The position numbers and the translations under genes were made by a program. 64,000 nt of DNA from Bilabrum cf. latius (Eukaryota), in assembly GCA_965178125.1 (NCBI GenBank), contig OZ237748.1, forward strand, positions 744,001-808,000, given 5' to 3'. The notes below the pieces were generated by a model. The model worked only from the letters and a program-made list of their open reading frames with translations, was not told the DNA's origin and did not search any database. Shown here piece after piece: positions 22,732 to 35,765 of the stretch (positions are counted from its first letter, which is position 1; each line of letters starts with the position of its first letter).

Positions 22732-25559
22732 TCATTTCTCCATGGCCTCCAGAAGCAGCTTTACACACTCGTCATGCCCTCCGAGCCTAGCTGCTTCGAG
22801 TGGACCCACCAGTCTAGTTCCGCCAACTCTGTCCTCAAAATTGCGTTTTATATCGAGCCCACCCGCCAGTTTTCCCAAGTTGAGTCGCTTTGAAAGTTCC
22901 ATGGGCCGGCCTTCGCTGGCTGCCTTGAACAACATGCCAGCGTCCCGTTTGGCCTCAGCTGCCCTCTTCCAACACATGACTCTTAGGCCTTTGGTTGAGA
23001 TGAAGGACCGGATGGTACCAGCTACTTCTGTTTTGCCTGCAGACTCTGCCATATCGGCGGGTGTTTGAAGGTTCTACGTGGGCAGGGGGGTACACAAAAT
23101 AAACTTAGAACGCATGATAGATGGGTCCAGATGCAAAATAAATGTGGATATTAATGTTGTTTTGTTTGCTCTCACTCTGTTCTTTATGCTTCTGCTGGCA
23201 CCAGCTTCCATAAGGATTGCGGCGCATGCAATATGGCCGAAGTGTGCAGCAATATGAAGGCCAGAGTTTCCATCCTGCGTCGAATCAAAGACCGTGAGAC
23301 TAGAAGTAGGACATGATGCGCATTGACCACAGCGATCGGCAAAGTATTGTCACGATTAATCCAGAGCTTGCATTCAAACTTCGTCGCAGTGTGTATTTGT
23401 AAAGGTTGATCTCATGCTCTTCGAACGGCCTAGACCTTCGTGACGAACGCCTATGTAGGTCTAGATCTTACTGCACTGGCTACCGCATTCACATCACCGC
23501 CGTTGTCAATAATCGTCTTCAAGCACTTTGCGCGACCCTTTCCGGCTGCATAGTGCGCTGGTGTGCGCCCAAACTGCAATGTAGTAAGTATAGGGTTAAT
23601 ATGGGCTGTGCTGGCCTGGGGTATGCTCCAGGGCGTGCTATACAGATCAACATCGAGCCGTAATGTAGGGACATCGAGCCACGGCTCTCATCCGACTGCG
23701 CTTCAATGCATAGGGCGCCAATCGGCAACCAATTTGCATGCACAAGGTTCACTGCACACCTCATCCCAGCACACACGGGTACAAATGTGTTCGTTTCCCT
23801 CACCTTGTCCAGCCCATTCACGTTCCCGCCATTGCTAAGTATCAGCTATAGGCGCTCCGGGTGGCCCATCTGGGTCGATTCATGCGCAGGTGTGCGGCCC
23901 TACTGCAGTGGAAGTGCAAGAGTAGTCAACTGCACGATGCGGATGTCTGCAAAGTTGCTTGTGTGTGACTGAAGTGAGTGGTCATGGATTCATCCCTGCG
24001 TCAGTAAGCATACTGGTGCACAGTTCTCGTCTGGCCAACTAGCCAACCTCGCTTTGCATATCGTCCCTCGGAGTGGTTGTTCAAGCCGGATAGACATCGT
24101 GTTAGTCATATTTCTCTCACCAGCTTTTCCATCTCATTCACGTCGCCACCGTGATCGATAAGCAGGGCTAAACACTCGGCGTGTCCACTGACGGCGGCAA
24201 GAAAAGTCGGTGAATAGCCATACTGCAATGAAGATCAAATGGCGATTGGAGGCAGTAGTGCTGCTTTGGGGTGCAGCTATGTATTTGTTGGTTTTGCAAG
24301 CGCTGCTGTAGCGAATGTGGCATGCATGTGGCTAAATCTAGAGAGGTTCACGCCGCAAAGCCTTGCAACCTATGAGACGACCAAACCGTTCCAAAAGCTA
24401 CATATGCTTGAGTCCGAAAGCCAGTGTTCCGGCTTGGGACGAGTGCTCTTCGGCCATACACAGCCCATCCGATACTTGAAAACTCAGACGCACTATGATA
24501 TTTCCCTTACATCGTCCGGCGTATGCACGTCTCCGTCGTGCTTGATGATTTCCTTCAGACACTCGACATGGCCATGCTTAGCTGCACACGACGCAGGTGT
24601 GCTTCCGTTCTGTGAACTAGATAAGAAAGGTAGACACAACATAAGATGCTTGGGGTTTGCTATTGAGCATATACTTCAGTCAGTAACAGAAGGGCTTAGC
24701 CATGCCTACCCTCATCCAAATCAGAACAGTTGATGCCAATTTGTTGTAAGTGGTCCTTTCCTGCCGGCAGTGCCAAAGGACGTAACGAGCCACTGGTACC
24801 CAAAACAACTGTTGACATTCGCACTCATCGCTGACTTGCTCGCAAGCCCACTTCCGTCGTGCTGTTGCAAGACAGGGCATGGCAGCACCCACCTCGAATG
24901 GGCTGACTCCCGGTGCAGCCCATGATTGCAGTCCATCCAGGAATGTGCTCTAAATGCTAACATATTTGACGCTTTCTCACGGTACTAGCGATGCTTAGGT
25001 TGGCGCCCCTCTGAATTAGCAGCTTCAGGCAGTCAGTTTGGCCTCGACTTGCTGCAAAAAACGAAGCTGTCTACTTGAACTGCGAAGAATAAGCCAGACT
25101 CCGTGAAATGAATTACACGCTGCTTGGAAATCCGGACGTTCATGCCAAGATGTGACCGCAGTCGCACGAGCGTGTGGGCGAGCAGTGTCAGCTGTCCGAT
25201 CGCGAACGGTAAGATGATACTGGCGTGATCAGCATCTTGAGTCACTCCAGCGCCTCCGGATAAGCCATAGCAAAATGCTACTGGCTGAGGCTGCTTCTGT
25301 ACTTGATTTGTCAGTAGCATCAGTCGCATCGTGATTCACCACCGATCACCATGCCATAGGTTTATGATCGACTGCTGATCGACGGCTCTATTGAGCGACA
25401 TTTCTAATACTTCGATCGTGCTACCAATAAAGAAAACTTTTCAATAATAAGCGATCTCACCTCATCTGTGGAATCGACGTTCGTTCCTGCATCCAGGCAG
25501 GCCCTTAGGTCATCCACCTTGCCATTCTTGGCAGCACATAGAAGCGGATTTTCTTGCAT
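22732..25559 (-). CDS. Multi-exon ankyrin-repeat protein with conserved C-terminal module
   Basis: Exons NPLLCAAKNGKVDDL.., GSTPASCAAKHGHVECL.., DGNSGLHIAAHFGH..; module 22732-~22990. Confidence 0.78.
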
Positions 25560-25643
25560 ACTGCACGATCTAATACATAAGGCAGGCTCGGGCGGATTAA
25601 AACGACCGAGAGACCTCATGGCTAAAACTGCATTTAGCAGCAC

Positions 25644-26211
25644 TGACATCGTGACTTCCATGAAAGCTTCTTTTACAGACTCAACCACCCAAATACAACC
25701 AGACATGGCATCGAACACAGAGCCGTCGCCATGTGCCTGAATCCACCGATGGATTTGTCCACCAGCGGAGACACACAACGAATTCTCCGGGCCCGGGCGG
25801 GTGGGAAAAGAATTCAAGACGATCTGTCAGTCCTGAGCTCTTCCACCCCGAATGGAGGCGATTGACTGGAGAAATGCCAACCTCCACTCTTCGTGGCCTG
25901 CCTCTTCCGTTAATCAGATTACGATGTCTAACGCTACAATTCCTCTTCCCACCTACGGACAAGGTGTTGCGGCGTTCTCCTTCTTCGCAGAGCCATCCTC
26001 ATCGCACAGACGCTTATCATCTCATTTGACGTCAACAACGAATCAGACTCTGTCTCCTTAATACCATGACATCGTGACTTCCATGAAAGCTTCTTTTACA
26101 GACTCAACCACCCAAATACAACCAGACATGGCATCGAACACAGAGCCGTCGCCATGTGCCTGAATCCACCGATGGATTTGTCCACCAGCGGAGACACACA
26201 ACGAATTCTCC
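25644..26211 (-). repeat. Outer element 3' repeat block B1-A2-B2
   Basis: 25644-25788 matches 26067-26211; 25806-26066 matches 41811-42071. Confidence 0.93.
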
Positions 26212-26294
26212 ATGTCTTACCATATCTTCCTTACGGGAGGTTGCAGAGGGTGGTCTCGTTGAAGCAAAGCAAAGTGTCTCCAAGTTAGTTGGGA

Positions 26295-27544
26295 TTAGTC
26301 GGACGCCCGAGCTTGTGCCACCGCCTCGAGCAGCGCCGCCTGTGGTGCTCGCTGCAGCTCAAGGTGCGTCCAACCAATATCGATCGCTGGCAGCCCGTCG
26401 GCCTCCTGCCGGATGTAGGTGTTCATGCTCTTGGTGGAAGCCCACCGTCCAAGACGCTGCACAATGCCGTGCTCGATGCCCAGTCGCACCATTGTGGTGG
26501 TGCTGGTGATGCGGAAACTGTGCCCATGCCACCCACTCGCATCATCGTGGTGGCTTGCACAGCTCCGCACCAGGCGTACGACATCGGCTGCGACGATGTG
26601 CCCGTCTTACGGCGACCTGGCGATGCGATCTCCGGGAACAACAACACCTGACTGTTCTGGCAGGCGTTGTGCAGGTGGTGGGGCGAGGTGACCGGGATTC
26701 CCGCCGAGGTCAACCTTGTCACGACGTGCCGGACGAGAAGGTAAACAGGGCAGCATGTGCTGCCCTGTACCCCGCCTTTGTCCACCTACACAGGGGATCG
26801 GGCTGCAATAGCCACCGTGGCTGGTCCACCCGCCTTGGTGAACCGCAGGTGCAGGGAGCAGCTGATCACCTGATTGTCCTCGATTGCCCAGGATACATGC
26901 CTGAGGCGATGCGGGTCAGAGGCAGCCCGTGCCTCTCCGGTGGCCTCGCCCAGGCGCATGGTCCCCCCAAAGGCCAGTGCACCCGCCAACTGGGCCGCAC
27001 TTTCGCCGGGGGTGGATGGCTGGAACTCAAAGAAGCGCCGCACTGCCGACAACGGGATGGGCGTGCGGTGCAGACTCGCAAGGGTTGGCTTGGCTGCCGT
27101 GTAGTGCCTGGCCACTGCATGGCCAAAGTCACCGAGTCCTTTCACTGCGACTCCTCCTAGTCGTTTGTACAAGGACGCCACTTGCGCTGCGTACTGGCTT
27201 GCGGAGGCGCCGCTGATGCCCGGCTCGGCCGCCGCCACGTACGTGATGAATCTGCCGAGTTCCACTTCGAAGGCCTCGTTGCGTGCCGGACCGATGGAGC
27301 CAAAGGCCGGTGGCGCCAGGTCGAGGCCGTATCTGCGGCCGTACGCTGCCCAGTGCCGAAGTGCCGTGGTGCCATTCGCCTCGATGCTCGAGGCGGCCTT
27401 GATGGCCGCAAGTTCGACCAAGTCCTCGTAGGCGTCGGGAGCTCCCTCACCGATTCCCAGTGCGGCGGCAAGTTTGTCGGGTGACCTTCCCTGGACAAGC
27501 GGTCGGCCCAGGTGTTCTCTAACCCTGGTATGTGCCGGCTCCAA
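26295..27544 (-). CDS. Tyrosine recombinase of the retrotransposon (in-frame TAG 26786; frameshift ~26605)
   Basis: Catalytic motifs TMRLGE, FTKAG, CPV, GHSFR, GRW and TYIR; the last three lie in a shifted frame. Confidence 0.88.
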
Positions 27545-27608
27545 ACCTACACGTCGTGGGAGCAGAGGGTGGTGAACAGGTCAGCGAGGATGCGAGCCAT
27601 GCGGACAC
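27480..27608 (-). CDS. C-terminal piece of the retrotransposon RNase H
   Basis: VRMARILADLFTTLCSHDVxVWSRHIPGLENTWADRLSR (HIPG..N..AD.LSR motif). Joins 37154 in frame once the insert is removed. Confidence 0.85.
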
Positions 27609-27862
27609 CGTCAGTTGTGTGCCGTAGGTACGGAGGCACGTTACGAAGTGATTTAGATCGGAGAGATTGTGTAGTATTGGTCGCAAGTCCGAGCGCAGAT
27701 GTGAGGCTCTCACTTGTTCGGAATTTCGGTGGCACCTGTGTTCTACAGCTGTGCCCCGATATTCTCAGTAATAATTGTCATTATGTGGCAATACACACTG
27801 GGAAGACAGGCAGGGGCAGCTCCAGAGGAGGTGATTCCCACTGCTTGTTGTTTTGAACAGAG

Positions 27863-30485
27863 CTGATTTGCACAGCCGGTTTCCGTTCGCATGCCCGCTT
27901 AGGGAGCCCGTTCGGACCAGCTGCACAGATTGCATAGATTTGGTACATATTGCATTCGATTGTCATTGGAGCCTGCTTCGTCAGGACGCCATGACGCCTG
28001 ATCGTGCTCTTGGCCCCGTGGCTACTGCCGATCATGGATTCGATGCCGAGACTAGCAGCATGCCATTTTGGCGCCCGGCCTGTCCTGATGTCCGCTTTGC
28101 ATGAGTGATTTTGCATTTCTATGGGTATGATTAGCTGGTCTCGCTCGTCGAGCCAGCATTTGCCCGTGTGTTGGTGAACACCGCTTTTGCATTGATTTGC
28201 ACAGCTGGATTCCGTTCGCATGCCCGCTTAGGGAGCCCGTTCGGACCAGCTGCACAGATTGCATAGATTTGGTACATATTGCATTGGATTGTCATTGGAG
28301 CCTGCTTCGTCAGGACGCCATGACGCCTGATCGTGCTCTTGGCCCCGTGGCTACTGCCGATCATGGATTCGATGCCGAGACTAGCAGCATGCCATTTTGG
28401 CGCCCTGCCTGTCCTGATGTCCGCTTTGCATGAGTGATTTTGCATTTCTATGGGTATGATTAGCGGGTCTCGCTCGTCGAGCCAGCATTTGCCCGTGTGT
28501 TTGTGAACACCGCTTTTGCATTGATTTGCACAGCTGGATTCCGTTCGCATGCCCGCTTAGGGAGCCCGTTCGGACCAGCTGCACAGATTGCATAGATTTG
28601 GTACATATTGCATTGGATTGTCATTGGAGCCTGCTTCGTCAGGACGCCATGACGCCTGATCGTGCTCTTGGCCCCGTGGCTACTGCCGATCATGGATTCG
28701 ATGCCGAGACTAGCAGCATGCCATTTTGGCGCCCTGCCTGTCCTGATGTCCGCTTTGCATGAGTGATTTTGCATTTCTATGGGTATGATTAGCTGGTCTC
28801 GCTCTTCGAGCCAGCATTTGCCCGTGTGTTTGTGAACACCGCTTTTGCATTGATTTGCACAGCTGGATTCCGTTCGCATGCCCGCTTAGGGAGCCCGTTC
28901 GGACCAGCTGCACAGATTGCATAGATTTGGTACATATTGCATTGGATTGTCATTGGAGCCTGCTTCGTCAGGACGCCATGACGCCTGATCGTGCTCTTGG
29001 CCCCGTGGCTACTGCCGATCATGGATTCGATGCCGAGACTAGCAGCATGCCATTTTGGCGCCCTGCCTGTCCTGATGTCCGCTTTGCATGAGTGATTTTG
29101 CATTTCTATGGGTATGATTAGCTGGTCTCGCTCGTCGAGCCAGCATTTGCCCGTGTGTTTGTGAACACCGCTTTTGCATTGATTTGCACAGCTGGATTCC
29201 GTTCGCATGCCCGCTTAGGGAGCCCGTTCGGACCAGCTGCACAGATTGCATAGATTTGGTACATATTGCATTCGATTGTCATTGGAGCCTGCTTCGTCAG
29301 GACGCCATGACGCCTGATCGTGCTCTTGGCCCCGTGGCTACTGCCGATCATGGATTCGATGCCGAGACTAGCAGCATGCCATTTTGGCGCCCTGCCTGTC
29401 CTGATGTCCGCTTTGCATGAGTGATTTTGCACTTCTATGGGTATGACTAGCTGGTCTCGCTCGTCGAGCCAGCATTTGCCCGTGTGTTTGTGAACACCGC
29501 TTTTGCATTGATTTGCACAGCTGGATTCCGTTCGCATGCCCGCCTAGGGAGCCCGTTCGGACCAGCTGCACAGATTGCATAGATTTGGTACATATTCCAT
29601 TGGATTGTCATTGGAGCCTGCTTCGTCAGGACGCCATGACGCCTGATCGTGCTCTTGGCCCCGTGGCTACTGCCGATCATGGATTCGATGCCGAGACTAG
29701 CAGCATGCCATTTTGGCGCCCTGCCTGTCCTGATGTCCGCTTTGCATGAGTGATTTTGCATTTCTATGGGTATGACTAGCTGGTCTCGCTCGTCGAGCCA
29801 GCATTTGCCCGTGTGTTTGTGAACACCGCTTTTGCATTGATTTGCACAGCTGGATTCCGTTCGCATGCCCGCTTAGGGAGCCCGTTCGGACCAGCTGCAC
29901 AGATTGCATAGATTTGGTACATATTGCATTGGATTGTCATTGGAGCCTGCTTCGTCAGGACGCCATGACGCCTGATCGTGCTCTTGGCCCCGTGGCTACT
30001 GCCGATCATGGATTCGATGCCGAGACTAGCAGCATGCCATTTTGGCGCCCGGCCTGTCCTGATGTCCGCTTTGCATGAGTGATTTTGCATTTCTATGGGT
30101 ATGATTAGCGGGTCTCGCTCGTCGAGCCAGCATTTGCCCGTGTGTTTGTGAACACCGCTTTTGCATTGATTTGCACAGCTGGATTCCGTTCGCATGCCCG
30201 CTTAGGGAGCCCGTTCGGACCAGCTGCACAGGTTGCATAGCTTTGGTACATATTGCATTGGATTGTCATTGGAGCCTGCTTCGTCAGACGCCATGGCACG
30301 TGATCTTGTAGTTGGCCCCGTGGCCTCCTACTGCCGATCATGGATTCGATGCCAGGAGGTGGTCGCATGCCATTTTGGCGCCCTGCCAGTCCTGATGTCC
30401 GCTGTGCATGAGTGATTTTGCATTTCTATGGGTATGATTAGCTGGTCTCGCTCGTCGAGCCAGTCTCTGCCTGTGTGTTGGTGGA
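27863..30485. repeat. Tandem array of a 329-bp unit, ~8 copies
   Basis: Identical short ORFs recur at 28197, 28526, 28855, 29184, 29513 and 29842; the last copy is degenerate. Confidence 0.95.
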
Positions 30486-31289
30486 AACTGCACCGTTTGA
30501 TCGGCACAGCTCCTTTGGGACCCCGGTTCCAAGGGATCATGGTCTTGGCAGCACTGCCTGTTATGATTGACGGTGCTATTTCCGTTTCTTTGAATGAGCT
30601 CATACCAGCCTGTCTCAAGTACCGTTCAACCGGCCAAACTTTTCAGCCCAGAGCTGCTGTCTATTTTTGCGGCTTCCAGTTTGCCTAGCCGTACTCCACG
30701 AGACACCATTTCCTAGCCACCGACGGTTCTGGCTATTATCATGATTCCCTGAGGGCTTGTAGGGCCTCAACCCTGACACCGAGAGACGATTCTGGTCCTC
30801 GTGTGCAGCTGCGGGTCGCTTCCGCCTCAGGCGTACACAATCCTACATGTGGTTCACTTCCACAGTCAGCTATACTAGCTCTCATTGGCTAGACTGATAA
30901 ATCCGTGCTTGCCGCCGTCTTCCTATCTCGGCGACAACAGGGGCACTTCGAATTTGCCCACCTCTTGCGCGTTCTGCCCTCATCAGAGCCTGCACAATTC
31001 GACAGCGTGAGCTGCTGGGGAGGTTCATCTAGACATTTTGTCTATTACTAATGGCCTCACAACACGCTTTAGGGAGCTGTGCCCTATTTACATCGATGTG
31101 CTGCCGCCGCCGCCAGGTAGCGCCGTACATCGCACAGTCCGCCATATCACGGCGGCTTGACCTGTTCGCATCTTGCGACAATAGCAGGCATGTTCTATAA
31201 ATGTGTACCTTTTTCCGTAGCCTCCATCTAGTGTTTGCAGCTGCCTTCGCATTCAAATTGCTCCAGTTCGTCCAGGCTTCGCTACAGGT

Positions 31290-34200
31290 TGCCATGGTCG
31301 CATTTGCCCGACCAGCTCATTGCCCAGGCTTCGGATATGCAGTTGCTCGTGGCAGCGACGTCCCTGGTATGCCTGGCCTCTTGCTCTGGGCCGCCATCGC
31401 GCCGTCGGCCTTGACATGGTCGCATCTGCCCGAGCTGCTCCTTGCCCATGAATGGGCTTCGGATATGCAGTTGCTCGTGGCAGCGACGTCCCTGGTGTGC
31501 CTGGCCTCTTGCTCTGGGCCGCCATCGCGCCGTCGGCCTGGACATGGTCGCACTTGCCCGAGCTGCTCCTTGCCCATGAATGGGCTTCGGATATGCAGTT
31601 GCTCGTGGCAGCGACGTCCGTGGTGTGCCTGGCCTCTTGCTCTGGGCCGCCATCGCGCCGTCGGCCTTGACATGGTCGCAATTGCCCGAGCTGCTCCTTG
31701 CCCATAAATGGGCTTCGGATATGCAGTTGCTCGTGGCAGCGACGTCCCTGGTGTGCCTGGCCTCTTGCTCTGGGCCGCCATCGCGCCGTCGGCCTTGACA
31801 TGGTCGCACTTGCCCGAGCTGCACCTTGCCCATGAATGGGCTTCGGATATGCAGTTGCACGTGGCAGCGACGTCCCTGGTGGGCTTCGCCACTGGCTGAG
31901 GGCCGCCATCGGTTACTCGGCCTTGACATGGTCGCAATCGCCCGAGCTGCTCCTTGCCCATGAATGGGCTTCGGATATGCAGTTGCTCGTGGCAGCGACG
32001 TCCCTGGTGTGCCTGGCCTCTTGCTCTGGGCCGCCATCGCGCCGTCGGCCTTGACATGGTCGCAATTGCCCGAGCTGCTCCTTGCCCATGAATGGGCTTC
32101 GGATATGCAGTTGCTCGTGGCAGCGACGTCCCTGGTGTGCCTGGCCTCTTGCTCTGGGCCGCCATCGCGCCGTCGGCCTGGACATGGTCGCAATCGCCCG
32201 AGCTGCTCCTTGCCCATGAATGGGCTTCGGATATGCAGTTGCTCGTGGCAGCGACGTCCCTGGTGTGCCTGGCCTCTTGCTCTGGGCCGCCATCGCCCCG
32301 TCGGCCTTGACATGGTCGCATCTGCCCGAGCTGCTCCTTGCCCATGAATGGGCTTCGGATATGCAATTGCTCGTGGCAGCGACGTGCCTGGTGTGCCTGG
32401 CCTCTTGCTCTGGGCCGCCATCGGTCATTCTGATTGGACATAGTCGCACTTGCCCGAGCTGCACCTTGCCCATGAATGGGCTTCGGATATGCAGTTGCTC
32501 GTGGCAGCGACGTCCGTGGTGTGCTTCGGCACTTGCTCTGGGCCGCCATCGGTCATTCTGATTGGACATGGTCGCACTTGCCCGAGCTGCTCCTTGTCCA
32601 TGAATGGGCTTCGGATATGCAGTTGCTCGTGGCAGCGACGTCCCTGGTGTGCTTCGCCTCCTGCTCGCGGCCGCCATCGCGCCGTCGGCCTTGACATGGT
32701 CGCATCTGCCTGAGCTGCTCCTTGCCCATGAATGGGCTTCGGATATGCAGTTGCTCGTGGCAGCGACGTCCGTGGTGTGCCTGGCCTCTTGCTCTGGGCC
32801 GCCATCGCGCCGTCGGCCTTGACATGGTCGCAATTGCCCGAGCTGCTCCTTGCCCATAAATGGGCTTCGGATATGCAGTTGCTCGTGGCAGCGACGTCCC
32901 TGGTGTGCCTGGCCTCTTGCTCTGGGCCGCCATCGCCCCGTCGGCCTTGACATGGTCGCAATCGCCCGAGCTGCTCCTTGCCCATGAATGGGCTTCGGAT
33001 ATGCAATTGCTCGTGGCAGCGACGTGCCTGGTGTGCCTGGCCTCTTGCTCGCGGCCGCCATCGGTCATTCTGATTGGACATAGTCGCACTTGCCCGAGCT
33101 GCTCCTTGCCCATGAATGGGCTTCGGATATGCAGTTGCTCGTGGCAGCGACGTCCGTGGTGTGCCTGGCCTCTTGCTCTGGGCCGCCATCGCGCCGTCGG
33201 CCTGGACATGGTCGCAATTGCCCGAGCTGCTCCTTGCCCATGAATGGGCTTCGGATATGCAGTTGCTCGTGGCAGCGACGCCCGTGGTGTGCTTCGCCTC
33301 CTGCTCGCGGCCGCCATCGGTCATTCTGATTGGACATGGTCGCAATTGCCCGAGCTGCTCCTTGCCCATGAATGGGCTTCGGATATGCAGTTGCTCGTGG
33401 CAGCGACGTCCGTGGTGTGCCTGGCCTCTTGCTCTGGGCCGCCATCGCGCCGTCGGCCTGGACATGGTCGCAATCGCCCGAGCTGCTCCTTGCCCATGAA
33501 TGGGCTTCGGATATGCAGTTGCTCGTGGCAGCGACGTCCCTGGTGTGCCTGGCCTCTTGCTCTGGGCCGCCATCGCGCCGTCGGCCTTGACATGGTCGCA
33601 TCTGCCCGAGCTGCTCCTTGCCCATGAATGGGCTTCGGATATGCAGTTGCTCGTGGCAGCGACCTCCCTGGTGTGCCTGGCCTCTTGCTCTGGGCCGCCA
33701 TCGCCCCGTCGGCCTTGACATGGTCGCATCTGCCCGAGCTGCTCCTTGCCCATGAATGGGCTTCGGATATGCAGTTGCTCGTGGCAGCGACGCCCGTGGT
33801 GTGCTTCGCCTCCTGCTCGCGGCCGCCATCGGTCATTCTGATTGGACATGGTCGCAATTGCCCGAGCTGCTCCTTGCCCATGAATGGGCTTCGGATATGC
33901 AGTTGCTCGTGGCAGCGACGTCCCTGGTGTGCCTGGCCTCTTGCTCTGGGCCGCCATCGCGCCGTCGGCCTTGACATGGTCGCATCTGCCCGAGCTGCTC
34001 CTTGCCCACGTCTGGGCTTCGGATATGCAGTTGCTCGTGGCAGCGACGCCCGTGGTGTGCTTCGGCACTTGCTCGCGCCGCCATCGGTCATTCTGATTGG
34101 ACATGGTCGCACTTGCCCGAGCTGCTCCTTGTCCATGAATGGGCTTCGGATATGCAGTTGCTCGTGGCAGCGACGTCCCTGGTGTGCCTGGCCTCTTGCT

Positions 34201-35765
34201 CTGGGCCGCCATCGCGCCGTCGGCCTTGACATGGTCGCATCTGCCCGAGCTGCTCCTTGCCCACGTCTGGGCTTCGGATATGCAGTTGCTCGTGGCAGCG
34301 ACGCCCGTGGTGTGCTTCGGCACTTGCTCGCGCCGCCATCGGTCATTCTGATTGAACATGGTCGCATCTGCCCGAGCTGCTCCTTGCCCATGAATGGGCT
34401 TCGGATATACAGCTGCTCGTGGCAGCGCCTTTCGTGGTGTGCTTATCCACTTGCTATTTGCCGTCATGGTTCAATTAGCTTGGGCATGATCGCATCTGCC
34501 CGAGCTGAATCCTGCCCACGTAAGGGCTTCGGATTTGCAGTTGATCGCGGCAGCGCCGTTCGTGGTGTGCTTCGGCACTTGCTCTGGGCTGCCATAGCTC
34601 AGTTGGCCTGAACATTGTTGCATCTGCCTGAGCTGCTCCCTGCCCACGTCTGGGCTTCGGATATGCAGTTGCTCGTGGCAGCGCCTTTCGTGGTGTGCTT
34701 CGGCACTTGCTCTTTGCCGCCATGGCTCAGTTGGCCTGGACATGCTCGCACTTGCTCGAGCTGCTCCCTGCCCACGTAAGGGCTTCGGATTTGCAGTTGA
34801 TCGCGGCAGCGCCGTCCGTGGTGTGCTTCGGCACTTGCTCTTGGCCGTCATCGCTCAGTTGGCCTGGACATGGTCGCATTAGCCCGAGCGGCTCCCTGCC
34901 CACGTAAGGGCTTCGGATATACAGTTGCTCGTGGCAGCGATGTCCGTGGTGTGCTTATCCACTTGTTCTTGGCCGTCATGGCTCAATTAGCTTGGGCATG
35001 ATCGAAATTGCTCAAGCCGATTCCTGTCCACGTACGGGCTTCAGATATGCAGTTACTCGTGGCAGCGCCTTTCGTGGTGTGCTTATCCACTTGCTCTTGG
35101 CCGCCATGGCTCAGTTGGCCTGGACATGCTCGCACTTGCTCGAGCTGCTCCCTGCCCACGTAAGGGCTTCGGATATACAGCTGCTCGTGGCAGCGATGTC
35201 CGTGGTGTGCTTATCCACTTGCTCTTGGCCGTCATGGCTCAATTAGCTTGGGCATGATCGCATCTGCCCGAGCTGAATCCTGCCCACGTAAGGGCTTCGG
35301 ATTTGCAGTTGATCGCGGCAGCGCCGTCCGTGGTGTGCTTCGGCACTTGCTCTGGGCTGCTATAGCTCAGTTGGCCTGAACATGGTCGCATTAGCCCGAG
35401 CTGCTCCCTGCCCACGTCTGGGCTTCGGATATACAGTTGCTCGTGGCAGCGATGTTCGTGGTGTGCTTCGGCACTTGCTCTGGGCCGCCCTCTGTGAGTT
35501 GGCCCGGTCGTGCTCGCACTTGCTCGAGCTGCTCCCTGCCCGCATATGGGCTACGGATAAGTAGTTGTTTGTGGCAGCGATGTCCGTGGTGTGCTTAACC
35601 GCTTCCTCTTGTCCGCCATCGCTCAATTGGCCTGGGCATGATCGCATCTGCCCAATCTGATTCCTGCCCACGTAAGGGCTTCGGATTTGCAGTTGATCGC
35701 GGCAGCGACGTCCGTGGTGTGCTTCGGCACTTGCTCTGGGCTGCCATAGCTCAGTTGGCCCTGGC
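31290..35765. repeat. Tandem array of a 128-bp unit, ~35 copies
   Basis: ATGGGCTTCGGATATGCAGTTGCTCGTGGCAGCG recurs every 128 bp (31452, 31580, 31708...); copies diverge after ~34400. Confidence 0.95.
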
